A stretch of DNA of 35,263 nt from Pseudomonadota bacterium (GCA_039180205.1 JBCDDR010000003.1:1-35263), one strand, 5' to 3'; positions 10,548-20,583 are shown, counted from the first letter of the stretch. Numbers and translations: made by a program. The notes: generated from the sequence alone by a model not told the origin.

Positions 10548-13023
10548 TCGTCGCTCCTACTTCACGCGCGATATCGCGATACAATTCATCGGCCTCTTCA
10601 TCGAAGGTCGCCTGCTCAAGAAGTGCTTCGACCCCGCTGCCGGGAACAGGTTCGGTACGCGCGTCCATTAGGATCGGTATGGCAAGCGGGCTCACCCGGT
10701 CAAGCGACCGAAAGAGCGCATGCCCATGAAACCGGTTGAGCCAGTCAGACAAACGCGCGACGTCCAAAAGCTCGCCCTCGGCATCCTCGCGGGCGATCCG
10801 CAAAAGGATATGGTCGGGCTCATATCGCATGAGCACATCATAAATTAGATCGGTGTTGAAAGTGATCTGCTTCATGGCGCGTCGCTCTCCCGCGCGGCGC
10901 TGCTCGGTCAAACCCGTAATTGTGGCGATCCGCCGGAAAGACCGCTTCAGCATCGGCGATGCCGCGATCCATTCTTCTAATTCGTCGCCCAAAATATCGG
11001 GAGCGAGCAGCTCATCGACATGGTCTGCCATCACTTCGCGCGCACCGGAGACAGCGAGCCCATAATCAGTGATCCGAAAACTTAACGGTTGCAGGCCTAA
11101 CCGCTCCATCCTTCGGGTGATCAGCATGCCAAGCGTCTGGTTCGCAAGCCGTCCTTCGAAAGTGTAGATCACCGTATAATTGAGGCCCTGGCGGGTAAAA
11201 TGCTCAACCAGGACATGTTTGTCGTCGGGGAGCACCGAATACGCCTGTTGTAGCGTCAACCATTCGCGCACATCATCAACATACCCTCCCCAGCTTTCCG
11301 GTTTATTCAATCGGTCGCGGACGCCCATGGAGAGAAAGGTGGAAAGGGGCATCTGACCACCTGCATAGGCCGGCACCTTTGGCAGTCGCCCCTTGCCCGC
11401 ACGGCATTCCAGGTTCATGTCACTCACGCCAATAAAGACGAGCATTTCACCCGCGAAGATAAAGCTATCGCCTGGGGTTAGCCCTTGCGCGAAATATTCT
11501 TCGACCTCCCCAAGAATGCGCCCCACCGAACGGTTTTTTGGGCTGACCTTTTTCACCTTAAGGCGCGCCGCCTCAACAATCACGCCGATATTCTGCCGGT
11601 GACGCGCAATGATCGCCCGGCTCGGAATGCGGTAGCGCCCGTCCTCGTCTCGCACCAAACGCTGATACTGGTCATATTGCGAAAGTACCGACCCGCCATC
11701 GATGCAAAAACGGAACAGCCGCTCAAATGTGTCTTCGTCCAGCCTTCGATAGGGAAAGGCGCTCCTGACAACCGCGAGCACCTCTTGAGGCGTCGCGGGC
11801 ACTGCACAAAGGCAGTTCATAACGAACTGAACGACGACATCCAAAGCGCCAGCCCCAGGGGCAGGGCTGTCCTGATCACCCCGCTCAATCGCATCGCGCG
11901 CCGCATAGCATTCAAGCGCCTCAAACCGATTTCCAGGCACCAGAATTGCGCGGCTTGGGGTATCCAATCGATGGTTTGACCGCCCAATCCGTTGCATCAG
12001 ACGCGATACGCCCTTGGGTGCCCCCACCTGCAAAACCAGGTCAACATCACCCCAGTCGATGCCGAGTTCGAGGGCGGATGTCGCTACCACCGAGCGGATT
12101 TTTCCATCGGCCATCATGGCCTCGGTTTTGCGGCGTTGCTCTTTGGCGAGCGAGCCGTGGTAGATCGCAATAGGGAGGCCATCCTCATTCGCCTCCCACA
12201 GCATTTGAAAGAGAAGCTCCGCCTGCGCGCGGGTGTTTACGAAAACGATCGAGGTGCCGGTTGTGCGGATTATATTGTAGATATCATCAACTGCGTATCG
12301 CGCCATAAACCCGCCAAAGGGCATTTCGGCATCCGAACGGAGGATCTCGATTTCCGGCTGAACAGCATCTTCAGCCCTTACCACGGTCGCGGTTTTGTCA
12401 GGCGGACTTAACCATTTGGCGAGTGCTGGCATATCGGCAACGGTTGCCGAAAGCCCAAATCGGCAATATCCCGGAACCAATTGCTCCAGCCTGGCAAGCG
12501 CAAGGCTGGTAAAGTCACCGCGTTTGGAGCCGATAAAGCTATGCGCTTCGTCAAGAATCACCAGCTTCAGCGATCCGAAAATTCGATCCGCGTCGGGGTA
12601 GCTGAGCATCAACATCAGTGATTCAGGCGTTGTCAGCAGCATATGCGGCGGGCGTTCGCGTTGACGCTTTCGTTTCGATTGCGGCGTATCGCCCGTGCGG
12701 GTTTCAACCGAGATCGGAAGCCCAATTTCGGTAATGGGAGCCCCCAGGTTACGCTCGATGTCATTGGTCAGTGCTTTCAGCGGGGATACATACAGCGTGT
12801 GGAGCCCGTCGTGCGTTCCCGCCATCAGGTCCTCAAGCGCGGGAAGAAACCCGGCGAGTGTTTTCCCTGCCCCGGTAGGAGCCACAAGCAAAGCCGAGTT
12901 CCCAGAACGAAACGCCGAGCGCATCGCCGTCTGGTGCCCGCGCAGGGCCCAGCCACGCCCCGCGAACCAATCAACAATCGGCTGCGGCCAATCGGCCCCA
13001 TCAGGGCGCAAGGGGGTGGACAT
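10537..13023 (-). CDS. Ligase-associated Lhr-core DEXH-box helicase
   Basis: APTGAGKTLAGF, YVSPLKALTNDI, TTPESL, DEAH, LSAT, ELGIDWGDVD, QRIGRSNH. Start uncertain (ATG 13023, 13035 or 13044). Confidence 0.94.
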   Translation of the reverse strand: MSTPLRPDGADWPQPIVDWFAGRGWALRGHQTAMRSAFRSGNSALLVAPTGAGKTLAGFLPALEDLMAGTHDGLHTLYVSPLKALTNDIERNLGAPITEIGLPISVETRTGDTPQSKRKRQRERPPHMLLTTPESLMLMLSYPDADRIFGSLKLVILDEAHSFIGSKRGDFTSLALARLEQLVPGYCRFGLSATVADMPALAKWLSPPDKTATVVRAEDAVQPEIEILRSDAEMPFGGFMARYAVDDIYNIIRTTGTSIVFVNTRAQAELLFQMLWEANEDGLPIAIYHGSLAKEQRRKTEAMMADGKIRSVVATSALELGIDWGDVDLVLQVGAPKGVSRLMQRIGRSNHRLDTPSRAILVPGNRFEALECYAARDAIERGDQDSPAPGAGALDVVVQFVMNCLCAVPATPQEVLAVVRSAFPYRRLDEDTFERLFRFCIDGGSVLSQYDQYQRLVRDEDGRYRIPSRAIIARHRQNIGVIVEAARLKVKKVSPKNRSVGRILGEVEEYFAQGLTPGDSFIFAGEMLVFIGVSDMNLECRAGKGRLPKVPAYAGGQMPLSTFLSMGVRDRLNKPESWGGYVDDVREWLTLQQAYSVLPDDKHVLVEHFTRQGLNYTVIYTFEGRLANQTLGMLITRRMERLGLQPLSFRITDYGLAVSGAREVMADHVDELLAPDILGDELEEWIAASPMLKRSFRRIATITGLTEQRRAGERRAMKQITFNTDLIYDVLMRYEPDHILLRIAREDAEGELLDVARLSDWLNRFHGHALFRSLDRVSPLAIPILMDARTEPVPGSGVEALLEQATFDEEADELYRDIAREVGATIAN

Positions 13024-13086
13024 CTCGGCTTTCATCGCCACCATATTGGCTCGGGTATTGGCAATCGCCAACAATTATTGCTATGA

Positions 13087-13112
13087 ATACGTATCGCGAA
13101 CAAAAAAGCAAC
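13087..13112. promoter_or_regulatory. Candidate alphaproteobacterial LexA (SOS) box
   Basis: GAAC-AAAAAAG-CAAC (13098-13112) is one mismatch from GAAC-N7-GAAC; a further degenerate half-site ATAC (13087-13090) is in register. Lies in the divergent promoter of a DNA-repair module. Confidence 0.55.
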
Positions 13113-13116
13113 TTAA

Positions 13117-14124
13117 ATGCACCCTGAAACCTGGATCGAAATTCGGCCTGAAGGCCCCTATGTGGTGCCTGCTGATGCCTATATTGATCCGACACGGCCG
13201 GTGCCGCGGGCGATTATTACCCATGGTCATGCCGATCATGCCCGCGCAGGCCATGGTACCGTTTATGCCACGCCCGAAACATTGAAAATCATGGCGGTAC
13301 GGTATGGGGAAACATTTACGGACACCCGGATCCCCTTGGCTTATGGAGAAACGATTGAGATCGGCGGGGCCGAACTTTGTTTCGGGCCTGCCGGACATAT
13401 ATGGGGCAGCGCCCAGGCGATGGTTGAGCATGCCGACAAGCGGATTGTCTTCGCGGGCGATTACAAACGCCGCGAGGACCCGACCGCAGCGCCATTCACC
13501 CCCATGGCGTGCGATGTGTTTGTCACCGAGGCCACCTTTGGTCTCCCTGTCTTTCGCCACCCGCCGATCGAGGATGAAATCGCCAAACTTCTGAATTCAC
13601 TCGCATTGCAGGGGGACCGGCCGCATCTTGTAGGCGCCTACGCACTGGGGAAATGCCAGCGTGTCATCATGGCACTGCGCGCAACCGGATATCAAAAGCC
13701 AATTTATCTCCATGGCGCTCTGATGAAACTTGCTACGCTGTATCAGGAAAACGGTTTTGATTTCGGCGAGTTACGACCGGTTGCAGGGGTAAAGAGGGAT
13801 CAGCTTGCCGGAGAGATTATCATGTGCCCACCAAGCGCGCTCGCCGACCGCTGGTCACGGCGGATGGGGGACCCGGTGACCGCGATGGCCTCGGGGTGGA
13901 TGCGCGTTCGCGCGCGGGCACGCCAGCGCGGGGCCGAGTTACCCCTGATCATCTCCGACCATGCCGATTGGAATGAATTGTGTCTCACGTTACAAGAAAT
14001 GGCGCCGGCGGACATCTGGATTACCCACGGGCGCGAGGATGCGCTGATGCATCAGGCCGAGCGGATGCAGATCAAGGCGCGCGCGCTTTCTTTGATCGGC
14101 TATGAAGAAGATGCGAGCGAGTGA
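13117..14124 (+). CDS. Ligase-associated DNA damage response exonuclease (MBL/beta-CASP fold)
   Basis: ITHGHADHAR, PAGHIWGSAQ, GDYKR, TEATFGLPVF, GAYALGKCQR, ISDHADW, THG. Confidence 0.93.
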   Translation: MHPETWIEIRPEGPYVVPADAYIDPTRPVPRAIITHGHADHARAGHGTVYATPETLKIMAVRYGETFTDTRIPLAYGETIEIGGAELCFGPAGHIWGSAQAMVEHADKRIVFAGDYKRREDPTAAPFTPMACDVFVTEATFGLPVFRHPPIEDEIAKLLNSLALQGDRPHLVGAYALGKCQRVIMALRATGYQKPIYLHGALMKLATLYQENGFDFGELRPVAGVKRDQLAGEIIMCPPSALADRWSRRMGDPVTAMASGWMRVRARARQRGAELPLIISDHADWNELCLTLQEMAPADIWITHGREDALMHQAERMQIKARALSLIGYEEDASE

Positions 14125-15719
14125 TGCGTGCGTTCGCGAAGCTCCTTGATCAGCTATACTTCACGAGCGCGAATAATGCCAAACGGGCCTATTTGCTTGA
14201 TTATTTCCGATCGACCCCCGATCCGGATCGTGGGTTTGCGCTCGCGGCCCTCGCGGGAACTCTTGATTTCGATCTTTTCAAGCGCGGGCTGATCCGCGAA
14301 TTGATCGAAGAGCGTGTCGACCCGACACTCTTCGCGATGAGCTATGATTATGTTGGCGAAATCTCTGAAACCGTGGCCCACCTCTGGCCGACCCCGCCTC
14401 GCCAACCTGGCCAACCGGACGACACCGACCTACCATCGCTTTCCCGCGTGATTGACGAGTTCCGCACCGCTGGCAAGGCTGACATTCGCAGCCTCCTAGC
14501 TGACTTTCTGGACAGGATGAACGCCAGCGAGCGCTGGGCGCTTCTGAAACTGGGCACCCGCGGGCTTCGGGTGGGTGTCTCTGCGCGCTTTGCCAAAAAA
14601 GTCGTTGCGGAATTTGCGGGCGTTGATGTTCATGAAGTCGAAGAGATCTGGCATGCGCTCGCGCCACCTTATGAAGACCTGTTTGCCTGGGCGGAAGGGC
14701 GCGCACCGCGACCGAGCATTGAGGGTCGCGTTGTGTTCCATCCGGTCATGCTTGCGCATCCACTAGAAGACGACAAGGTTGAGACGATCTCACCCGACCA
14801 ATTTGCTGCCGAATGGAAATATGATGGTATCCGTGTCCAGCTTGTGGGGGAGCGGTCGGGCAGCGGCGTGTTCTCACGGACGGGCGATGATATCTCGGGC
14901 GCCTTCCCCGATATTCGTGATGCGATCGACTTTCGCGGCGTGGTCGACGGGGAATTGCTGATCATCCGCAATGGTGAGATCGGCAGCTTTCAAGACCTCC
15001 AAACCAGACTGGGGCGAAAGTCGCCCTCCGCCAAAATGATTGCTGAACGGCCAGCGGGTATCATGCTTTATGACGCCCTCAATCTCGATGGTGAGGATAT
15101 ACGCCCCCTGCCCTTTCGCGAGAGGCGCATTCGACTTGAAGCATTCAGTGCCCCGAGAAAAGGGGGGCGATTTCACCTCTCCCCACTCGTGACGTTTGAG
15201 TCGGTGGAAGCGCTGGCGGCCTTACGCGCACAAATCGCCGGTGAAGATGCCGGGCTGATCGAAGGTCTGATGCTGAAACGGTGGGACGCGCCCTATCTAC
15301 CCGGTCGCCCTACTGGGCAATGGTATAAGTGGAAGCGCGATCCTCTCCTACTCGATGCCGTTCTCATGTATGCGCAGCGCGGGCATGGCAAACGGTCGTC
15401 GTTTTACTCCGACTATACGTTTGGGCTTTGGAAAGACGACCAGCTTTTGCCAATTGGCAAGGCCTATTTCGGGTTTAGCGACGACGAATTGAAACAGCTC
15501 GACAAATGGGTGCGTGCTCACGCCATCGGGCGGTTTGGTCCGGTACGTGAGGTTGAGAAAGCACTGGTTTTTGAGGTTGCATTCGATAGCGCTCACCGCT
15601 CGAAACGCCATAAATCGGGCTTTGCCCTGCGTTTTCCACGGATCAGCCGGATCCGCTGGGACAAACCGGCGCACGAAGCCGACCAGCTTTCAGCGCTGGA
15701 AACACTTGTTGGCGAGTAG
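14121..15719 (+). CDS. ATP-dependent DNA ligase (cisplatin-damage-response type)
   Basis: EWKYDGIRVQL (adenylated Lys), DGEL, EGLMLK, WYKWK, YAQRGHGKRSSFYSDYTFG, LRFPRISRIRWDK; overlaps the exonuclease stop. Confidence 0.95.
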   Translation: MMRAFAKLLDQLYFTSANNAKRAYLLDYFRSTPDPDRGFALAALAGTLDFDLFKRGLIRELIEERVDPTLFAMSYDYVGEISETVAHLWPTPPRQPGQPDDTDLPSLSRVIDEFRTAGKADIRSLLADFLDRMNASERWALLKLGTRGLRVGVSARFAKKVVAEFAGVDVHEVEEIWHALAPPYEDLFAWAEGRAPRPSIEGRVVFHPVMLAHPLEDDKVETISPDQFAAEWKYDGIRVQLVGERSGSGVFSRTGDDISGAFPDIRDAIDFRGVVDGELLIIRNGEIGSFQDLQTRLGRKSPSAKMIAERPAGIMLYDALNLDGEDIRPLPFRERRIRLEAFSAPRKGGRFHLSPLVTFESVEALAALRAQIAGEDAGLIEGLMLKRWDAPYLPGRPTGQWYKWKRDPLLLDAVLMYAQRGHGKRSSFYSDYTFGLWKDDQLLPIGKAYFGFSDDELKQLDKWVRAHAIGRFGPVREVEKALVFEVAFDSAHRSKRHKSGFALRFPRISRIRWDKPAHEADQLSALETLVGE

Positions 15720-15751
15720 CATTCTGCACGACGTTCAAGAGCTGAAGCGTC

Positions 15752-16237
15752 TCACCCCTTATCGCGCAACAGGCGGGCTTTCTGGCGTTCCCAGTCACGC
15801 GATTTCTGATCCTGGCGCTTGTCATAGAGTTTTTTACCCCGCGCCAACCCAAGCTCCACCTTTGCACGCCCTCGATCGTTGAAGTAGATTGCGAGCGGGA
15901 TCAATGTCATGCCCTGACGCATGATTGCGCCCTGCATCCGGTTGATTTCCTTGCGGTTGAGTAACAGTTTCCGGGGGCGGCGGGGTTCGTGATTGTAGCG
16001 ATTGCCGTGGGTAAACTCCGGGATATAGGCGTTCACCAAAAACGCCTCGCCATTGCGAACTTCGGCATAGCTGTCGGCGATGTTGCCGTCGCCGAAGCGG
16101 AGCGATTTGACCTCGGTCCCCTGCAAAGTGATTCCGGCTTCAACGGTGTCTTCGATATGGAAATTGTGCCGCGCTTTGCGGTTTTCCGCCGCAACGCGAA
16201 CCTTATGACCCACTTTTCCGACAATCGGGCGCGCCAT
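15752..16237 (-). CDS. smpB: SsrA-binding protein
   Basis: [43 protein letters not shown]; ATG 16237 is 2 nt after the dapA stop. Confidence 0.97.
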   Translation of the reverse strand: MARPIVGKVGHKVRVAAENRKARHNFHIEDTVEAGITLQGTEVKSLRFGDGNIADSYAEVRNGEAFLVNAYIPEFTHGNRYNHEPRRPRKLLLNRKEINRMQGAIMRQGMTLIPLAIYFNDRGRAKVELGLARGKKLYDKRQDQKSRDWERQKARLLRDKG

Positions 16238-16239
16238 GG

Positions 16240-17118
16240 CTAGAGTCCTGCATGCCGAAGGGCTGCATCGATCTGCGCACATGCTTCCGGATCCGGCGGC
16301 AGAATCGGCAATCTGACCTCTCCGCTGATATGCCCGAGCTTGGCAAGCGCATACTTCGCGGGCCCGGGCGAGGGCGAACAAAACAAAGCTTTATGCAGCG
16401 GGAACAAGCGGTCGTTGATCGTGATTGCCGTTTCGAAATCACCCGCGATACAGGCATCCAGAAACTGAGCGCACATGGCAGGCGCCACATTCGCAGTTAC
16501 CGAAATGGCGCCGCGGGCGCCCATTGCCATAAGGCCCAATGTCTGGTCGTCATTGCCAGAAAGCTGAATAAAACCAGCGCCGCAGGCATGCCTTTGCGCC
16601 GACATTCTCGTTGGATCACCGCTCGCATCTTTCACACCGACAATGTTGGGGTGTTGGGCTAGCGTGGCCATCGTCTCGACCGTCATGTCGATGACCGATC
16701 GCCCTGGGATGTTGTAAATATAAAGGGGGCGGTCAGTCGCATCGGCCACCGCGCGAAAATGCGCCAGCAGTCCCTCCTGATTGGGTTTGTTATAATAAGG
16801 TGTCACCACGAGCAGCGCATCGGCCCCCATGGCGGCGGCGTCTTTCGCCAGACCAACCGCCTCAGCAGTTGCATTGGACCCACATCCCGCCATCACCGGA
16901 ACCCGCCCCGCAACATGTTCGAGCGTCAATTCGATCACACGGCGATGTTCGCTGTGGCTAAGGGTCGCTGATTCACCTGTCGTTCCGCAGGGCACAAGCC
17001 CATGAGTGCCGGCCTCAATCTGCCAATCGATAAAGCCACGCATCGCCGGTTCATCGATCGCGCCATCGCGAAATGGTGTCACCATGGCAGGCAACGACCC
17101 AAAAAATTCTCGTCCCAC
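16240..17118 (-). CDS. dapA: 4-hydroxy-tetrahydrodipicolinate synthase
   Basis: [37 protein letters not shown] (Schiff-base Lys). Confidence 0.97.
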   Translation of the reverse strand: MGREFFGSLPAMVTPFRDGAIDEPAMRGFIDWQIEAGTHGLVPCGTTGESATLSHSEHRRVIELTLEHVAGRVPVMAGCGSNATAEAVGLAKDAAAMGADALLVVTPYYNKPNQEGLLAHFRAVADATDRPLYIYNIPGRSVIDMTVETMATLAQHPNIVGVKDASGDPTRMSAQRHACGAGFIQLSGNDDQTLGLMAMGARGAISVTANVAPAMCAQFLDACIAGDFETAITINDRLFPLHKALFCSPSPGPAKYALAKLGHISGEVRLPILPPDPEACAQIDAALRHAGL

Positions 17119-17524
17119 GTTAGTGACTCCCTTAAGGGGTGTGCAATCATGCGAATGCGAGGCCGGAGGCGCAATTCCCCCGTGCCATCATGCGCGTGCT
17201 ATCCCACAGGATATCGATACCGTGCAAGCCTTGAAATGGCAGCGCCATTCAAGTGCCGTTCAACTCCCCGCGCTTATTGTGGCAGAAGTTGACCGACTGG
17301 CACAAAATTGTTCGCGGCTTGATCAAGGCCCTTGTCACACCAGATTGTAGTGAGTTGATTTGCGAATGGCCGAACTCGCTAGTAAATTGTTGTGAATGAA
17401 AGGGTTTTGTTGAGCATATGGCTGCTATGATCATGATCAAAGGGATAATCTTGTGATTGATTTCTATGATAGTCTGCAGCGGCACGCAGGCCGTGCACCA
17501 CGGCCTAAGGTTGTGCGTCTTTTC

Positions 17525-19678
17525 ATGTTAAAACCGCCAGTGTTAAAGTCGCTGCTCCTGCTCATCGCCATTACCGGTTTGAGTGCCGCACCGTCCAAAA
17601 GCGAGGCGCAACTGGCAATGGCGCCTGCACACCCCATACCGAAGCCCGAGATCTTGCCGCCTTTGAATGGCAGCCAGGTGTTTCACTATCGGAAACAATT
17701 TCAATTGATCCGTAAAGGGGGTGCTCGGCCCAAAACATCGCGGTCTCATCCCCATTTTGATCCGCTTGCCGAATTGCTCGTGAGCTGGGCCTATGTGTTG
17801 GAGCAAGGTCCAAATGCGCGGTTTTCCGATTTGGCGCGCGTATTGAACGCGGCGGAAACATTCCCCCATGCGACTCTCCTTACCCGTCGTGCAGAGAGCA
17901 GGATGCCCTTAAGTTTGACCCCTGAGGTTCGCGCGCGCTGGTTTGCCAAACACCCGCCGGTGAGTGGAGCGGGAAACATACAGAAGGCAATTGGCTTGCT
18001 TGGCGAAAACCCGCGCGACGAAGTGGCGGTTGCCCTGCTGCGGAAAGGCTGGCGCAGCGCCAATTTTATCGTCAGTGTCGAACGCGAGGTGATTCGGCGG
18101 TATGGCCATCTCCTCCGCTCGCGAGATCATGAAGCCCGTGCTGATTTTAAGCTTTGGTACAAGAACAGCTACGCTGCGGCGCGGGTGATGGGCTATGCGC
18201 GCAAAGATTACCGAAAGCTGATCGCTGCGCGCGTGAAACTTCAACGTTCTGAAGCGGGGGTCGATACGGCGATTGCGGCAGTGCCCAAGGTGCTCCAGAA
18301 TAATCCGGGGTTGATTTATGACAGGGCGGTGTGGCGTCGCAACCGCGGCAAGCACGAGGGAGTGCGTAAGCTCCTTTTGAAACCCGACCTGCCGGTTGCT
18401 GAGAATCCGCGCCCTGATCGCTGGTGGCGTGAATTTCATCTGCAAGCCCGCAAAGCGCTTCGCGAGGGTAAATATCTCGAAGCTTATCGCCTGGCCGCGC
18501 AACATCATCTGATTGCCCCCGATCAGGACATTCAGGCCCTATCGCAAAAACACCTGCAGGCGCTGGTTGACGCCGAGTGGCTATCAGGATGGATAGCCCT
18601 TCGCTTTCTTCAGCAGCCCGAACGCGCCATCACCCACTTTGACCGTGTGGCCCCGGCCGTGAAAACCGATGTGAGCTGCTCGCGCATTGCCTATTGGCAG
18701 GGCCGGGCGCGCGCCGCAACCAAAGCCGCAGGCGCGGACGCCTTCAGCTATTATGAAGCCGCTGCGAAGTATCCAAACCGTTTCTATGGCCAGCTTGCGC
18801 TCGAAGAACTCAAATTTTCGCCGGGCAGAACATCACCCCTGCCCGTCGCGCAACCCGCACCGTATGCGGGCAGACAAGCTGAAAACAACGCTGTCCGCCC
18901 AAATAACTGGGAAATGAGCCCGCTGATCCAGGCGGCAATGATCCTTCATCAACTGGGCGAAGATCGCTGGCTTAAGCCTTTCATTCGCCATATCGCGCGG
19001 CATGGCGATCTCATTGCGGATGATCCCAAGGTGCTGGCGCTCGGGAAGGTGCTTGGCCGACAGGATCTTGGCTATCAAATCGCCAAGCGGGCGCAACAAC
19101 TGCAAATGCTAAGTTGGCAGGCCGACGCCGCCTACCCTTTGATTACGCCTGTATCAAAAGCCTTGGTGCTGCAAGGCGATGCCATACAGCAAACGGCCAT
19201 CGTCCACGGCATCATTCGCCAGGAAAGTGCCTTCGAAACGACCGCGCGCAGCCGTGCCGGCGCTCTTGGGCTGATGCAGCTTTTACCCTCAACCGCAAAA
19301 ATAACGGCGCGCCGCATTGGCGTTCCCTACGACCGCGCACGCCTGACCCGAGACCCGGTTTATAATCTTCAGCTTGGACAGGCTTATTTTGGGAAGCTTC
19401 AGCGTATGTTTGAGGGATCGCACATTTTGCCGATTGCCTCTTACAATGCCGGGGAAAATGCCGTTGCCCGCTGGGTAAGGCAATATGGAGACCCGCGCAC
19501 GCCCGCCGTCGATCCGCTCGATTGGATGGAACTTATCCCCTACAGCGAAACACGGAATTATGTGCAGCGGGTTTTGGAGGCGGCTTCGGTGTATCGGTAC
19601 AGGCTGGCGCGCGATCAAAGCCGCGAAGATCCTACGCGAGCCCAACTTGTGCCTTTGATTTCGAGACGGGCGAGCTAG
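17525..19678 (+). CDS. Soluble lytic murein transglycosylase (Slt70-like)
   Basis: Signal peptide from ATG 17525, helical-repeat body (AEWLSGWIALRFL, FYGQLA), catalytic domain IIRQESAF, GLMQLLPSTA, SYNAG, IPYSETRNYVQRV; divergent from dapA. Confidence 0.93.
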   Translation: MLKPPVLKSLLLLIAITGLSAAPSKSEAQLAMAPAHPIPKPEILPPLNGSQVFHYRKQFQLIRKGGARPKTSRSHPHFDPLAELLVSWAYVLEQGPNARFSDLARVLNAAETFPHATLLTRRAESRMPLSLTPEVRARWFAKHPPVSGAGNIQKAIGLLGENPRDEVAVALLRKGWRSANFIVSVEREVIRRYGHLLRSRDHEARADFKLWYKNSYAAARVMGYARKDYRKLIAARVKLQRSEAGVDTAIAAVPKVLQNNPGLIYDRAVWRRNRGKHEGVRKLLLKPDLPVAENPRPDRWWREFHLQARKALREGKYLEAYRLAAQHHLIAPDQDIQALSQKHLQALVDAEWLSGWIALRFLQQPERAITHFDRVAPAVKTDVSCSRIAYWQGRARAATKAAGADAFSYYEAAAKYPNRFYGQLALEELKFSPGRTSPLPVAQPAPYAGRQAENNAVRPNNWEMSPLIQAAMILHQLGEDRWLKPFIRHIARHGDLIADDPKVLALGKVLGRQDLGYQIAKRAQQLQMLSWQADAAYPLITPVSKALVLQGDAIQQTAIVHGIIRQESAFETTARSRAGALGLMQLLPSTAKITARRIGVPYDRARLTRDPVYNLQLGQAYFGKLQRMFEGSHILPIASYNAGENAVARWVRQYGDPRTPAVDPLDWMELIPYSETRNYVQRVLEAASVYRYRLARDQSREDPTRAQLVPLISRRAS

Positions 19679-19692
19679 CGAAAAATCTTACG

Positions 19693-19721
19693 AAAAAAGG
19701 GCAGCGCGCTGGCACTGCCCT
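19693..19721 (-). terminator. Rho-independent terminator of the EF-hand gene
   Basis: Minus strand reads AGGGCAGTGCCAGCGCGCTGCCCTTTTTT: GC-rich stem followed by a T run, about 30 nt past the stop, between convergent genes. Confidence 0.75.
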
Positions 19722-19750
19722 CACCGTTTCATAACCCCGGAGAGTTGGAG

Positions 19751-20437
19751 CTATTCAATCGCCTTGCGATAGCTGCTGTGGCGTTCCTTTTGTAAATAGT
19801 GTAGTTTTTGCCGTCCGGCCTTAAGTTCTTCGGCGGACAGGAAACCGTCGGCATCGGTATCGAGCATGGCAAACCGCTCTTTCGGATCCGCCAGAAGCTC
19901 ATCCTCGCTGATGCTGCCATCACCATTCACATCAATCCGCTCCATGCGATCTGCGCGTCGTTCGTCACGCGCGCCACTTCGCTTTTCGACCCGCTCATCA
20001 ATCGTTTGGCCAAGTTCTTGTTTTGAGACGGCGCCATCATTGTTCCGATCAGCCCGGTCAAAGACTGTTGATTGATAATCGATAAATTCGTCTCGTGTGA
20101 CAATTCCATCTTCGTCGTGATCAGCCCATTCAAACTGACGGGCGGCACCCCGTTTGGCCTTTTGTTTTCCTCGTTTTTCCCAGGATTTTTGAACCTCTTC
20201 AAACTCGCCTTCGCTGATCAGCCCGTCCTGATCGGCATCCAGTCGTTCGAAACGCACTTTGTGACGCGCGAGAAACTCATCGAGGCTGACCTGGCCGTCG
20301 CGGTCGCGATCGGCACGCAGAAGCTGATTGTTGGGAAATGCCGATCGATCGAAGGCGTTTGCAGCCAACGCCCAACCCGCCGTAGAGGTCGCGGCAACTG
20401 CCCCCAAGAGAAGTACATGTTTGGTTATGAATTTCAT
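19751..20437 (-). CDS. Secreted EF-hand calcium-binding protein
   Basis: Signal peptide, then six DxDxDG-type loops: DRDRDGQVSLDE, DADQDGLISEGE, DHDEDGIVTRDE, DRNNDGAVSKQE, DVNGDGSISEDE, DTDADGFLSAEE. Confidence 0.9.
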   Translation of the reverse strand: MKFITKHVLLLGAVAATSTAGWALAANAFDRSAFPNNQLLRADRDRDGQVSLDEFLARHKVRFERLDADQDGLISEGEFEEVQKSWEKRGKQKAKRGAARQFEWADHDEDGIVTRDEFIDYQSTVFDRADRNNDGAVSKQELGQTIDERVEKRSGARDERRADRMERIDVNGDGSISEDELLADPKERFAMLDTDADGFLSAEELKAGRQKLHYLQKERHSSYRKAIE

Positions 20438-20583
20438 TGCTTCATCCTTTGTGACTTTATGTCTTTCAGTCTAACGAGCGTTCAGGGGCGTTTTCCGCCA
20501 CGCACTCATGCATGATACGTTGGGGTCTGGACTTATCCTTCGGTCTTTTCGTGGCGTCCGATTATTTCGTTGTCAGTTCGGTT

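Noticed and set aside
12711-12720. Internal AGATCGGAAG matching the adapter prefix
   Set aside because: Only 10 nt, not followed by AGC, and in frame within intact lhr (LPISV); coincidence.
9828-15719. Helicase plus nucleases as a novel anti-phage system
   Set aside because: All four proteins fit the known ligase-associated DNA-damage families, and there is no defence-island context.
15720-16240. tmRNA (ssrA) or tRNA integration site near smpB
   Set aside because: No room and no tRNA-like sequence seen; no tRNA, rRNA or CRISPR array was recognised anywhere in the window.
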